Source: the human T2T-CHM13v2.0 reference genome, Homo sapiens
Length of the DNA: 64,000 nt
Reading direction: 5' to 3' (one strand)
NCBI RefSeq assembly: GCF_009914755.1
Contig: NC_060940.1
In this document: positions 1 through 13,768 of the stretch, in pieces
Numbering within the stretch: position 1 is the stretch's first letter
Layout: every line of letters starts with the position of its first letter
Translations under genes and position numbers: made by a program
The notes under the pieces: model-generated
What the model was told of the DNA's origin: nothing
Databases searched by the model: none
Seen by the model: only the letters and a program-made list of their open reading frames with translations

Positions 1-2265
1 TTTCCTGGCAGAAAACTGAAGCCAGAATCCATGTGGGTTATTTCACAATGCTATTCCGGATGTCTGTTGTAAAAAAGGATTTGAAACTTCCTAGGAAAAC
101 AATAGATGCAACACACAGGGGCCATGCTATTTTTGTTACCCCAGTCATCAGTAACTGAATAAATAAGCTGGAAATATTAAAATACAAACTATTTATGAAT
201 AAGATGTAAGTTACTTATGCAGATTGTTTTCATTGATGAGAATTAATAAAGTCAACTGTAACTTAGCATTATTTTCTAATATAAGCTATATTTGAAAATG
301 TATTATAATAGTAAATTTCAGGGAATGTATTCAGGTTACATAATTAGTTTTGGAGTTGGTGAAGTCATTGAAAGCTAAATGTAATATCATTGAATAGCAC
401 AAGAAAAAAAACAACCATCAGGCGCAATAAAATTCTTAAGATTTTACCATCCTAAGGAAAATTCCTTTTAAAAAGGATCACAGAGAATTTAACTTTTTAG
501 TTTTTCCGATTAAACAACATTATGCATATGCACTTGTTGTTTATGAAGCACATATACTATTACTGAAATTGCTGCTTGAATTTAGGAAACTGATGAAAAT
601 TAAGCTCATAAAAATTTAATGCCATGAAACCCAAGTATGGAATATACAGTTAGGGGGTAGCTTTTCAGAGAAACCACATTAAGGCTTGAAAAAAGAAATT
701 ACATTAGATTTTACTCACTAATTTTGAATATGAACAGTTTCCTTTGAGCAAACATGTAGCTTTTCCACGTTCAGAGCTGCAGTGAAATAATTCTGTTCTT
801 AAAATATTAGGACAGGCTTAAGGTTACCAGGAAGGATGAGGTGAAAGATCTTGAGAGAATTGAGATAACTAAGCAGTTTCCTCCACGGCAGTGCCACTGT
901 GTAACCTCATTTGAATGTTCAATGTAGAGTCATGCAGAACCTGAACCTGTAGAAAACTGACAGGATTTGGGGAATAGAATCTTTTCTGAGGAAGTCGGCC
1001 TGGACAGTTTACTTTTGTAAAAGTGCTTCTATTTTTTTCATACAAAATGTAAAATGCATGAGAAACAAAATTTTGCTATGCTTACTATTTTTCTACTAAA
1101 ATGTGAATGGATAACTTGGTAACTCTACAACCGAGAGGGCACAGAGAGTTATGCAAAACATTATTTAGGTAATTATTTAGTACTGTTATATGGCTGTTCC
1201 ATTCTATTGTATATTGGTTTGAAATGTTAAAATTACAAGATAAATGATAAAATGACAATAATAATTTAAGAAATACCATGGGATTTTGAAGAACAAGATA
1301 TTGTGCTAAGAAAAGAAAAAAAAAAGAAATATCCTGTAAAGACAAAATATGCCCTTTGTCACGTACAAAGACAATTTTAATAATTAGAACAGTTTAAATA
1401 TATTCCTTTCCTGTGAAAGTGAAAGAGATGTAACTTATTCAGTTTATACTATGGGCATGACACTAAGCTAAACAGATAATACACATGAGTTCATAAAATA
1501 CTCAGAAGAGCACTTATACAAAAATACTAATATTCTCATTTCTAAGGTTAGGGAAGTATTTGAAAAGGTTCTTTCATGTCCCAAAAGTTGCACCCAAAGT
1601 AAGGAAGAAATAGCATTTTAAATATATTTTTTTTCCAATGCAGTATCTTTGAACAGGTATATTCAACTTTACTAGGTCAATCAAGACAATGTGCGATCAT
1701 GGACTAAGAAAAAAACTATTCTTCCTCTGGACAGAAAGTAAGATTTGTTGACATTCCAAGTTCCATTAATATTGATTCTATTTGACTCTATGGCCATGGC
1801 ATTTAATAAATGGAATTTTATACAAAATAGAACCTACTCTAGTGCTATTTCAAATTGTTTCCTTTCCAAAATGTGCTCTCCAGAGACTCTGAACTTTCAG
1901 AGAACTGGTCAACCTCTTTGAGTTATATTCACAAGATGTAGCACAATACCAAGCACACAGTAGGTGCCCAAGACATACATTTTAGAAAGTCTCAATTAAA
2001 AAAAGAAAAGTATAAAATAGCACTGGCTTGAAAGGGCAACTCAGAACATCTTGCTGTTTTCTTTCTCTGTTTACGCTTCTCTTCCTCATTTTGTTCACCC
2101 AAATTATTCTCATTTACAGTTCAGAACTTTTTCTGGTTATCCCTTATTTGGTAAAGAATTCCCTGAGCGATCCTAGCTTTCTATACTACTTTTATTTAAC
2201 TTGCACACAGTACAATTATCCCATGTGCCACACTGTATTTTAGATGTGAGGAGGATTACCCTGAT

Positions 2266-2384
2266 GTTGAGAGCCTGGGCTCTGATGTCAGACATGCTTG
2301 CATTTGGATCCAGGCCATTGTTTCTTAGCTCAGTGACCTTGGGTAAATTGCTTTACTACTTTGAGCCTTGGTCTCCTCATCCTT
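2266..2384 (+). mobile_element. MIR SINE fragment
   Basis: Degenerate MIR core (GGATCCAGGCC..TTAGCTCAGTGACCTTGGGTAAATTGCTT..CCTCATC); boundaries approximate. Confidence 0.65.
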
Positions 2385-2523
2385 CATTATTTTCTTACAT
2401 GGTTACTTAAATGACTAAACAATCTAGAATCTGCTGATAAGCAACTGGAAGTATTGGGAGCATCAGTGGCAGTAAGTTTAGTATCTTAACCCCAAGCCAA
2501 GTCTGAATTAGGAACCTATGATA

Positions 2524-2723
2524 CAGGCTGTCCAACAGACTGTTCTATCAAGATCGACACGTTCTACAGCTGCCTTGCTCAGTTCAGTAAACACTAGCTA
2601 CTTGTGGCTAATGTACACTTTTAAATGTGACTAAGAAGACTGAGGAAGTGAATGTGTAATTTTATTTAATTAATGTATCTTCAAATAGCTCACATGGCTA
2701 CTGGCCTTACTGGATAGCACATC
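2524..2723. mobile_element. MER3 (hAT-Charlie) non-autonomous DNA transposon
   Basis: CAGGCTGTCCAACAG..CACTAGCTACTTGTGGCTA..AAATAGCTCACATGGCTA..TGGATAGCAC matches recalled MER3 consensus. Confidence 0.8.
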
Positions 2724-2874
2724 TTTAGAGTACAGGAAATATATATATGTTATTATATTATATTTAGAGTATAGGAAATATACTTATATATTATATATTA
2801 ATATAATATTAATTAATATAATAATATAATATATTTATATAATATATATTTCCTGTACTCTAAAGGTGTGCTAT
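2714..2874. repeat. Inverted repeat (33-bp arms, 1 mismatch) with 95-nt AT-rich spacer
   Basis: 2714-2746 is the reverse complement of 2842-2874 except for one base. Confidence 0.95.
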
Positions 2875-3261
2875 TCATGCAATACATACAATGCATTTTA
2901 TTTCTGGCGCCCAGTACCATATTAATTGGTAACAAAATGATCCTCTAGAATCTTCTGTGGACTGTGGGGAGAAACAATATGTGTGATGATAGAAATGTGT
3001 CATTGTTTACAACAAAACAGATTTCCATTATTTTTGTAAGAAGTCTCCTTAGTGGCCACAATCTTCACTGAGTTTAAACTGCAGTCAACATTAGCACCTT
3101 TCCTCACTGCCTGTTTGCTGTAAGTATCCTTCTTTAAAAAGCTTTGCTGGCACACAAGCACATTTTATAAACTATACTGGCATACCATTATAATCTTAGA
3201 AAGTGGAAGACCCAGTATGGTTAGATTCCCAAGAGGAAAGAGTATGAAATACTTGTAATTT

Positions 3262-3420
3262 AGCTGGACTTGAATTAGAATTCAACTCAGGCACCATTAA
3301 GCTGAGTGGTCTTGGACAAATTACTTACTTAATGTGTCTGAAACTCAGTTTGTTCACCCATAACATAGACACCAATGCATTACCTACTATAAAGTATACT
3401 AGTGAGCATTAAATTATCTA
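3262..3420 (+). mobile_element. MIR SINE fragment
   Basis: AGCTGAGTGGTCTTGGACAAATTACTT..CTCAGTTTGTTCACCC MIR core; approximate. Confidence 0.55.
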
Positions 3421-3980
3421 CATCCTCTAGTTGGAAGAACACAGCACAGAAGACAACTCATAGATGATGTCTTTCCTCTGAGTTTCATTATTTCCATCAT
3501 ACAGCCCTCACTTAATAAAGGAACAAAATATTTATGTTTTATCATTCTTGTCTCTAATTGGCATCACCATTCCAATTCTCCCCATAACCAAGTGGTTTCC
3601 TCTCTCTCTCCATGGAGACTTATTATATCTTCCTTGATGCAATACCCAGTATGAAATTTCATATTCTCCTCTGCCGTGTCCCTTGACTTTGGACTTTCAT
3701 GTTTATTCTTTTCCCCAAAAAATGATTCTCACAGGTAAGAAGTTTTTGCTATTTAAGTGAACTTCTCTGATTACCTTTTCCCCACTGCCAATTCTCTTTC
3801 CTTTGATATGTCTTTGTTTCTTTTCTGAGATGTGTTAACTCCTCCATATGGACAGAAGGAGGCAGAGAAGAGGACTAACATCATTAAAGGGTATATTTTA
3901 GTTAAAATGGTGTATGTAATCTGTAAAACACCAGTTACGCTTCTCAACAACTGAACTCCCATTCAGAGCACAGGGAGCTG

Positions 3981-4092
3981 TGGCTTAGAGAAGTGGTGAA
4001 GTCGTGCTGCCAAGGTACCACCGTTAGTGAGAAGCAGAGCTGGGATTTGAACCTCATCTGCTACTCCAGAGCCCATGGCGTTTTCCACTTAG
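3981..4092 (-). mobile_element. MIR SINE fragment
   Basis: GCAGAGCTGGGATTTGAACC..ACTCCAGAGCCCATG, antisense MIR tRNA-derived region. Confidence 0.65.
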
Positions 4093-4463
4093 ACACGCTG
4101 CCTTTTGCCCTAAATCTCTCCATAGCGGAGCCACCGGTCAAGCTCCCATTCAGAGCGATGCAGCTGCAGCAGTCAAGGGAAAGGGAAGGAAGAAAAGCCA
4201 AGCAGCTCAGCATGAAGAACGATAATAACCTAACTTAGATTTAAATAATGATAACCCCTCAGGGACAGGTTCCTAGCCTGGAGAGTGATTATGCAAATGA
4301 ACCCTGTGTGTATTTCTGAAAGTAACATTTTGAATGGAAACCAAACACATTCACTGACTTCAGTGTTGATGACTATTTTAAGCTGGCTTCACAAAAAGAG
4401 CATTCCATCGTGCCTGCTTTTCTGCCCTGTTTCAAAAACATACAGCCAAGGGGAAAGGGCAAG

Positions 4464-4576
4464 TGAGCTAGCATTTAATGAGTCCTCTAATGTGCCAAAC
4501 ACTGCCTTAGGCACTTTACAGATCCTATTTTATTTAAGCCTAACAAACGGCCTGAGCAGTAGGTTTTGCTAGCCTC
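4464..4576 (-). mobile_element. MIR SINE 3' fragment
   Basis: GCATTTAATGAGTCCTCTAATGTGCCAAACACTG..GCACTTTACA, antisense MIR tail. Confidence 0.55.
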
Positions 4577-5195
4577 CTTTTTTTTTTTTTTTAAAGAAAA
4601 TCAAGACAAAAGAAAATCATAAGGGCAACTGTTGAGTGCCTAGTAGGTATCAATTTTATGGTAACAACATTTAACATTTATGACAAGGTAATATAAATCA
4701 ACATCATCTTAATACCCCAACTAAGTGAAAGATAGTTGAAGCAAGAAAAATTATATAATCCCTTAGAAATATAGACACAAAATTTTCTTTAAAGTATCAA
4801 ACCAAATCTATTGATTATTGACTGAAACATCCTAATATATTATGATTAAGTAGTGTTTATTCTAAAAAATATACATGACTTAATTCAGTTAGAATACTAG
4901 TGTGATTCACCATACTGACCTATTGATGGGAAATGTAATCAATAGATTTAGAAATAATATTTGATTAATTTAAAGATGTGGTTATGATTTTAGGAATAGA
5001 AAAGCATATCTTTAACCTGATAAATCTATAGAATAAATTTTTGTCGAATGATTAGAAATATTTTCTTTAATATTTGTAACAAATAAAAGATGCCACTTCA
5101 CTGCTTCTGTACAATGCTCTACTGGAAGTCATAGGCATCAATTTAAAAATAAGACAAAGGAACATAATTTAAGAACTGGAAAGAACAAATTAAAC

Positions 5196-5198
<3 letters not shown>

Positions 5199-5229
<31 letters not shown>
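5199..5229. repeat. (CA)n microsatellite
   Basis: About 15 perfect AC units. Confidence 0.98.
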
Positions 5230-5232
<3 letters not shown>

Positions 5233-5809
5233 TTCTATAGCCCATTTGGTTCTCTTTGCCTTAAAAATTATTTATCATTTGATGAGACTTTTAAAAAGAA
5301 ATAATTTACTATATTTATACTACTATAAAGAGGTAGTTGTAGCAATCTGGTCCTAAATTATTGATCTCTATAGTAGTATAGAGGTAGTTGTAGCAACCTG
5401 ATCCTAAATTATTGACCTAGATCAGAAACATTGCTGTATTATTGAGCTAGTTCAGAAAGATTGCTGGATACATCAACATAAAACAATCATTTGAATCTTT
5501 TATTTAGTAACAAAAATATAATTTTAAAAGATATTATTTAAAGTGTCAGCAAAAGAAATAATGAATGTAGGGAATCAACCTACAAGAGACAGTTAGATAT
5601 TTTGTACGATATTATAACTCTTTTCATAAGTCATAAAGAACACAAAATATACGAAAAAATATACCATGTCTATGGATGGGAAGACTTTGTGTCATATATG
5701 CAGTGATACTCCCCAAACTATTCTAGACACTTGATTGTAATGCCAATCAGTACTTTAAAACAGGTCTTTATGTAGAAATTGACAGATGGTTTCAGATGAC
5801 AAACAATAG

Positions 5810-6468
5810 TGTAAACTAAAAATAAATTTCTAAGCCCCCCAACCAACTGAATGGACCCCTCTTCTTTGGCCAAAGGCATCCTAAAATAAACATGAAACAC
5901 CAGTTCAGGACATTATGGGAATGGATGCTCAGACATACCTCATTAAACCCTACTCCTTTTGGAAATGAGGCACAGCTAACCAGCATTTACATTGAAAAAG
6001 AGACCTAAAAACTGATAGAACAGACTCTTTAAATCTGATAAGAAACATGAACAATCTAGTCTCTCCGAAGCCTGCTACCTGGAGACTTTATCTGTATAAT
6101 GAGAACCTTGGTCTCCACAACTCATTATCTTAACCCAGACACTCCCTTCTCTTGATTCCAATCTTTCGATAAACTCTTTTAACCAATTACCAATCAGAGA
6201 TTCTTTGAATTCACATAGAATCTAGAGGCCCCTGACAACCCCCACTCTGAATTGTCCCACCTTTCTCGACTGAAACCAATGTAAATCTTACATGTATTGA
6301 TTGATATCTTATGTCTCTCTAAAATACATAAAACCAATCTGTTAGCCTGACCACCTTGGGCACATGTTCTCAAGATTTCCTGGAGCTATGTCACAGACAA
6401 TGGTGACACATATTTGGCTAAGAATATATCTATTCAAACATTTTAGAGTTTGACCTATTTCATTGACA
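5810..6468 (+). mobile_element. ERV1 solo LTR, MER4 group (MER4B/D/E-like)
   Basis: TGTAAACTAAAAATAAATTTCTAAGCCCCCCAACC..TTTCATTGACA; TG..CA ends; perfect 4-bp TSD ATAG (5806-5809 / 6469-6472). Confidence 0.85.
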
Positions 6469-6725
6469 ATAGCCAAGACACTTTAAAAGAATAAAAGGAA
6501 ACATTACTTAACAGGTATCAAGAATTTCTATAAGCTAGGGTATCAGAATATAGGGATTTTGTCACAATAGTTAAAAAAAAAAGATACAGACACAGATCCA
6601 AGTACATTTGTAGTTTCATTAAAAGTCTAAAATTAAGTTTGGGGATGACTTATGGGACATCTCTGTACTGAGGACCTCTGGATCTCAACTTAAATTCCTG
6701 CCAGTAGAAGCACATTTCATGGTCC

Positions 6726-7347
6726 TGATATAGGAGTTAAGAAGAAATTATTTAGGCAGCTAGTGAGGTTTTCCTTTTAATGAAAAGCAGCCCCCAAATA
6801 ATTTTCTTTTCTAATAAAAAACAGCCTGTAAAATCAAGCTGCAGACACATATGAGCAAGCTGGAAGCTTGCACAGGTGAATGCCGGCAGCTGTGCCAATA
6901 GGAAAAGGCTACCTGGGGGCTAGACATGTCCAACATGGGGGCTCCATCTTCCCTTCCCCTTTCCTTGTCAACCATGGGTACAGTAAGGAACAGGCAACAT
7001 GTGCCAGCCAAGTAGAGACTCCATTTGCATAATAAAAGATTAGGGTGAAGTGGCCTGCTTCCTTATGTGCTATGATAACCTCACACCTGGTCCAACCAAT
7101 CTTTGGGCCCTATATAAATCAGATACTGCCTCCTCAAGCCTATCTATAAAACCCTGTGTGCTCTGCTATGGTCCAGAAGTCCCACTCCAGAGCCCCTCAC
7201 TCTCAGAGGAGTGAGAGCTGTTCTCCTTTCTCTTTTTTTGCTGATTAAACCTCTGCTCCTAAACCCACTTATTCTGTCTGCATCCTTGATTTCCTTTGTG
7301 TGAGACGACAAACCTTAGGTATTTACCCCAGACACAACACCTCTTCA
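6726..7347 (+). mobile_element. ERV1 solo LTR, LTR9-like
   Basis: TGATATAGGAGTTAAGAAGAAATTA..ATTTACCCCAGAC..CTTCA; 4-bp TSD GTCC (6722-6725 / 7348-7351); CCAAT at 7096, TATA boxes at 7111 and 7145. Confidence 0.85.
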
Positions 7348-7460
7348 GTCCCAATGACATGAAATTGACACTGGCTTATTCCTCATCCTGTAAATAAGAT
7401 TCCTAAATAATCCTGCCCACTTTGGTCTCTGAAAAGAGGGAGGCTCCTATTTCAGCACAG

Positions 7461-7567
7461 AGTCACTGTTTGGCAGGTTCTGGGTTCTTGTCCCATGACC
7501 ATGAGAAATCAGGAGAGTGAGCAAGGCAGAGAAGAATTGTATTGAGCGACAGAAAAGCTCTCAACAA
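7461..7567 (-). repeat. Orphan 107-bp copy of LTR segment 10655-10761
   Basis: Ungapped alignment, 99/107 identical to 10655-10761. Confidence 0.95.
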
Positions 7568-9618
7568 AGCTGTTGAAACAGTAAGTTATCCTAGACTCCT
7601 GTTAATTTTTCCAGAGAAAACTGAAATCTTTAACAACTGAAATAATCTTTTTTTTCTGAAGAGGTCTACTTTTTTCTACTTTTTTTAGGGGTTAAATATT
7701 TCATAAAGCCCATGAGTTGAGAAATACATACATATACATGTCCTTGTGATGGTCTCAATTCCTTGAATATCATCCCCTTTCCGAGACCTGGATTTCTCCT
7801 CTCTAGTATGATATGGTATAATCATAAATATTTGGAAAGTATTAGTGAAGGAAAATAGCCTGAACTGCTGTTAGCTGATTAGCCTCATATTACTTCAATC
7901 ACATCCAGGCCTTAAAAGTGCATTAGAAGACAAGGTCTTCATTCTTTTACCTTTCAGACTCATAATAAATTGACACATATTCTGCTAATTTTACACTCTT
8001 TTTTTTTCTAATGAAAGAAAGCCAGGCCTCCTATTTCTTTTATTTGTCTTTGTTTTAATAAGGTGTATACTGTCATAAAACTTCCCAATGCTAGTTGAAG
8101 CATTCTGCATGCTTTCTGAAACTAAAGAAAATGTCTATACTTGAATAGAACCCAATTTCTATATCTGAATAGAAAAAATTTGTTTTCTAAAAGTGATGGT
8201 TACAAAAGAATTGACCTTTTGGAGAGTGATCTTATATTTAGAAGGGATAATTTTATAAGCCTCCTTAAGATGAGACCTCCAAAGCATGTGTGTGTGTCAC
8301 CAAAATTATATCATTAGTTTCTTGAGGTAGTGGAAGGATTTTGTTAGTTGCACCAGGAATGTAAGATAGAGCACAAACATCAAACTTATAGAAAACATCA
8401 TCTTCTGTCATCCATGTAACTGTTTCCTGATACAGTCTTCTAGTATTCTGTCAACTTGCCCGTAGTTTCAGAAAAATTACTAAAACCATGACATGCTTAG
8501 CAAGAGTGTGTTAGAAAATGAATAAAATAATATTAATAAGATGACACTTTACAGCAAATTTATAGTGGGAAATACTGAGGTTAAATCCAGGAGGAACCAG
8601 GTTTTACAGGAAGTTATATTTAATTAAATCCCTATTGGTAGAGGTGAAGATTCAGTGTACATGTTTGCCATATAACATAGCCAACTTGCATAAAAATTTG
8701 AAAATTTTTAGAAAAAAAACATACAATTATATGCATTATTAATTCTACTCTTCTAAAATAATTCTGTCACCATGTTGTTAAATTTCTTCCTATCTTCCTG
8801 TCTTTTTCTTCCCTCTATATAAGTCTGTTTCTCACTGTAATCATAGTACCTATATAAATGTATATCTTCTTCCCTCAGTTAATAGTGTATTGCTTTTTCA
8901 TTATCTGTGAAATAATAATCTTCCTCTTATTATTTCAATGGGTGCATAGAATTCCATTGAGTGACTCTACGATAATTTATTAATCTAAAAGAATGAATTT
9001 GGGAAATACTTGTCTTCAATTTTTTTTGCACCTGTTATTTTAAGTAATTCAAGCTGAATATCTCTGTAAACTAATATCATATTCATAATTATTTCTTTCA
9101 AATGGAATTTGTGTCCACATGTGTAAAATTAGAACAGTATGCATATTTAAGGCCAATAATGTATTTTTAGATTATAAAAAATCATCAAATAAGCATGTGC
9201 TATTTTCTTATACTTATTAAAAATAACTGAATTAGTTTGACATCTCAGTTGTCTGAACCAAAATGGTTAATAGTTATGTCCTTAAATTCTAGGAATATTA
9301 GTTAGCTTGTAGAGTAATCATTATTTCACCTAAAGACCTTAATCATAAAAGTGTCAAAATGAGGACAGCATAGGACCTGAATTCTCATGGCCAATGTGAA
9401 AATAGATATATACAGAAATAGAGAAAGAATGGAGCATGAAGTAGAATATAGAGTGCACTGTCTTTCTCTCTATATATGTAAAATACATGCACATGTATTA
9501 TGTGCATAGAGCTATTATTAGCAGAGATTAATTAAGAGTGTACTTTTGGATACCAAGGTATTTACAATATGATATTTACAATGAATTAACAACATGATTC
9601 TAATTATAGAGTTCCTAG

Positions 9619-11397
<1,779 letters not shown>

Positions 11398-11567
11398 GAA
11401 TAGTTGCAAAAATTTTTGAGATAATTAAACATCATTTTATAGATGAGATATTAATCTCAAAATTATCTACCAAAGGTAAATAAACTGGTTAGTGGCACTG
11501 ACTGGATTCAAAACTTGGGATATCTGAATCTAGACAACTCTTAACCACTTTTCTGAATGCCTAGGGG

Positions 11568-11655
11568 GTGTTTGCAACTGCTTTGAGGGGATTCAGGTAA
11601 TTAAAATATTTGTGTTTGCAGCTGCTTTGAGGGGATTCAGGTAATTAAAATATTT
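11568..11655. repeat. 44-bp tandem duplication
   Basis: 11568-11611 vs 11612-11655, one mismatch. Confidence 0.97.
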
Positions 11656-12762
11656 CACCTTTCCATCAGAAATTAAATATTCATTTCAATTTGGTCACAC
11701 AAATTAACAAGCACATTAAATGTGTTTGCTCTGGGCTAGAATAATATCATCTCTGTGCAAAACAGTGATAAATTATACTAATCAGAGCTCACTGTCAAGT
11801 ATACCTTTCTTTTGTTAATAAAACTATAGACCACTTATCTCTTAAAAGATGAAGTCAGTGATCCCCAACTTTGTATCATCAAGGACACTTAAGCCTAATC
11901 ACTGTATTTGTGGTGTATTTTTTCTTCCAAAGAATATAAGTTACTTTCCTTGTCCAGTTAATGCAGATATTTCAGAATGTAAGAATAAGACATGAAGCTG
12001 TTCTTTCTGAAACAGAATTTAACTCAGAATCCCAAGCTCACACAGACTAAAGGGTCCAGTGCTTTCGCTTTGAATTCAAGTTGCTTCTGGGCATTTTTCT
12101 ACCCTTTGGCATTTCTCTCTCCAGCTTAATTGGACATCACATTTTAACACCCTCAGGTCTGTCTTAACACCACTGTTTTCTAATTATCTCATATTCCCTG
12201 AGCTTCCAGCTTCCAGTTGTATTGGTTCAGATGCTTTCAGATTGATCCCTATGTTGTACCATCTGCAAATTTGATTGCTACACAGTTTATTCAAATCTAT
12301 CATTTGAATAAAGATCATTAATAAAGGAAGAAAAGAAAACAAACAGGCCTATACTGGTCCTGCCTCCCACTTCCACACCCCCAACTCCCAGCCAGTTCCC
12401 TTCAGGCCCAGGCACAGTCATTTATCACCAGCCCATGTTTGTGTCCCAGGAGCCTACCTTGCCGTGTGGACAGGGCTGACATCCAAGTGTTCCTCTGTTT
12501 GTCTTATGTAAGATCATAGGAAGAGCCATATTGGGCACTTCAGTTAATCCAGGAATAACAATCCCTCACAGTTTTATGGTACTTAAACTCAACTGTCATT
12601 TTACTTCACATGTGGGTTCTAAATATTCCAGAAACTACAATAAGGCACCAAACTGTAAGTTTTCTGAGGCTAGAAACTGTGGATATTTGTGAAGCTGAGG
12701 TGAATTTCCAGTGACCAGTCTAGGGCCTGAAGCATAGATTTATTTAACATCTAGTTTTTTTA

Positions 12763-12820
12763 TTAGGTTGGTGCAAAAGTAATTGTGGTCTTTGCCATAA
12801 TTACTTTTGCATCAACTTCA
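12763..12820. mobile_element. MADE1 (Hsmar1 mariner MITE), internally deleted
   Basis: TTAGGTTGGTGCAAAAGTAATTG..AATTACTTTTGCATCAACTTCA flanked by TA; about 22 nt of the centre missing. Confidence 0.9.
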
Positions 12821-13768
12821 TACATTCATGCTACAAAAAAGGTCCATGTCCTTCAATGGCTAAAACTCTAGTGGTAAAATTGACCTTTGTAAGCTAAATA
12901 TTTTATGACAACAAATATTGCTTAGTAAGCAATTAATTTTATAACCATCAGAAAGTAAAGCATTCCTTGGTTTTCCCATCTGTAAAATGGGTGAAAGTTG
13001 CTTGTTCACAATCATTCAATAGTACACGTGTGCATATTTAAACACATACATATCTTTGAAGTAGCTGAAAAGTCACCTCTTCCCTAAAGCCTTCCTGAAC
13101 TCACTCTCCTCTAATAGCTTTGGAAGTTTTTTGGTCCATTCTCATAATATCTTGTGTATATTTCCATTTTCACTCATAGAAGATGCACAATACACACACA
13201 AAGTAGGGTGTAATGTTTTTTCAGCCAGCTTGTGAATGTGAGCACAGAGTCAGCATGTTATTTCTTGGTATAATCTCCCTCCATGCCTGACACACCACCT
13301 GATTTATTTGTGTTGTCCTCCAGATAAATCAATTAAGTTATTTAGCACTAGGATGAGAGCCAAACTTCAATCTGTAAGTTCAGGGCTGTCTCTACCATGT
13401 CATAATTGTCATCTTATTTCCATTTTATTAGACTACAGCCCATGTTTAGTTATATTCTTCCATGTTTCTTGGATCCACTTCTATTTCATCATTATATGGT
13501 TAGAAATTGAATTGTGAAGCATGTTTATTGTTAACTATATTATAAATTTATTCTGAGATTAATTAGTACATGTTTGCTAAACACTGTATACTTCTGATGC
13601 TTTGATGCTACTCAATTAAAGAAACTTTTGTTTCTTTAATCAAAAATGCTCTCTCAGTTTTGAAAGCATTCATGTTTATTAAGTCCATGTCATGGGTTCT
13701 GTCCTAGAAATATCCAGTGCTTCCTAAAAATATCCAGTGTTCCTCAGTCTTGTAGTCTGTCCCCAGGT

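Larger units (their letters stand above)
4690..6610 (+). mobile_element. Ancient L1M ORF2 remnant, interrupted by (CA)n and a MER4-group LTR
   Basis: A-rich degenerate L1 ORF2-like text (e.g. ATACCATGTCTATGGATGGGAAGACT, ATAGCCAAGACA); resumes after the LTR; boundaries approximate. Confidence 0.6.

Noticed and set aside
2714-2874. A true translocation-type PATRR
   Set aside because: The arms are only 33 bp, far shorter than the several-hundred-bp PATRRs; reported only as a small hairpin.
5810-7347. Provirus formed by two neighbouring plus-strand LTRs
   Set aside because: The LTRs are from different families, each has its own TSD, and there is no internal retroviral sequence.
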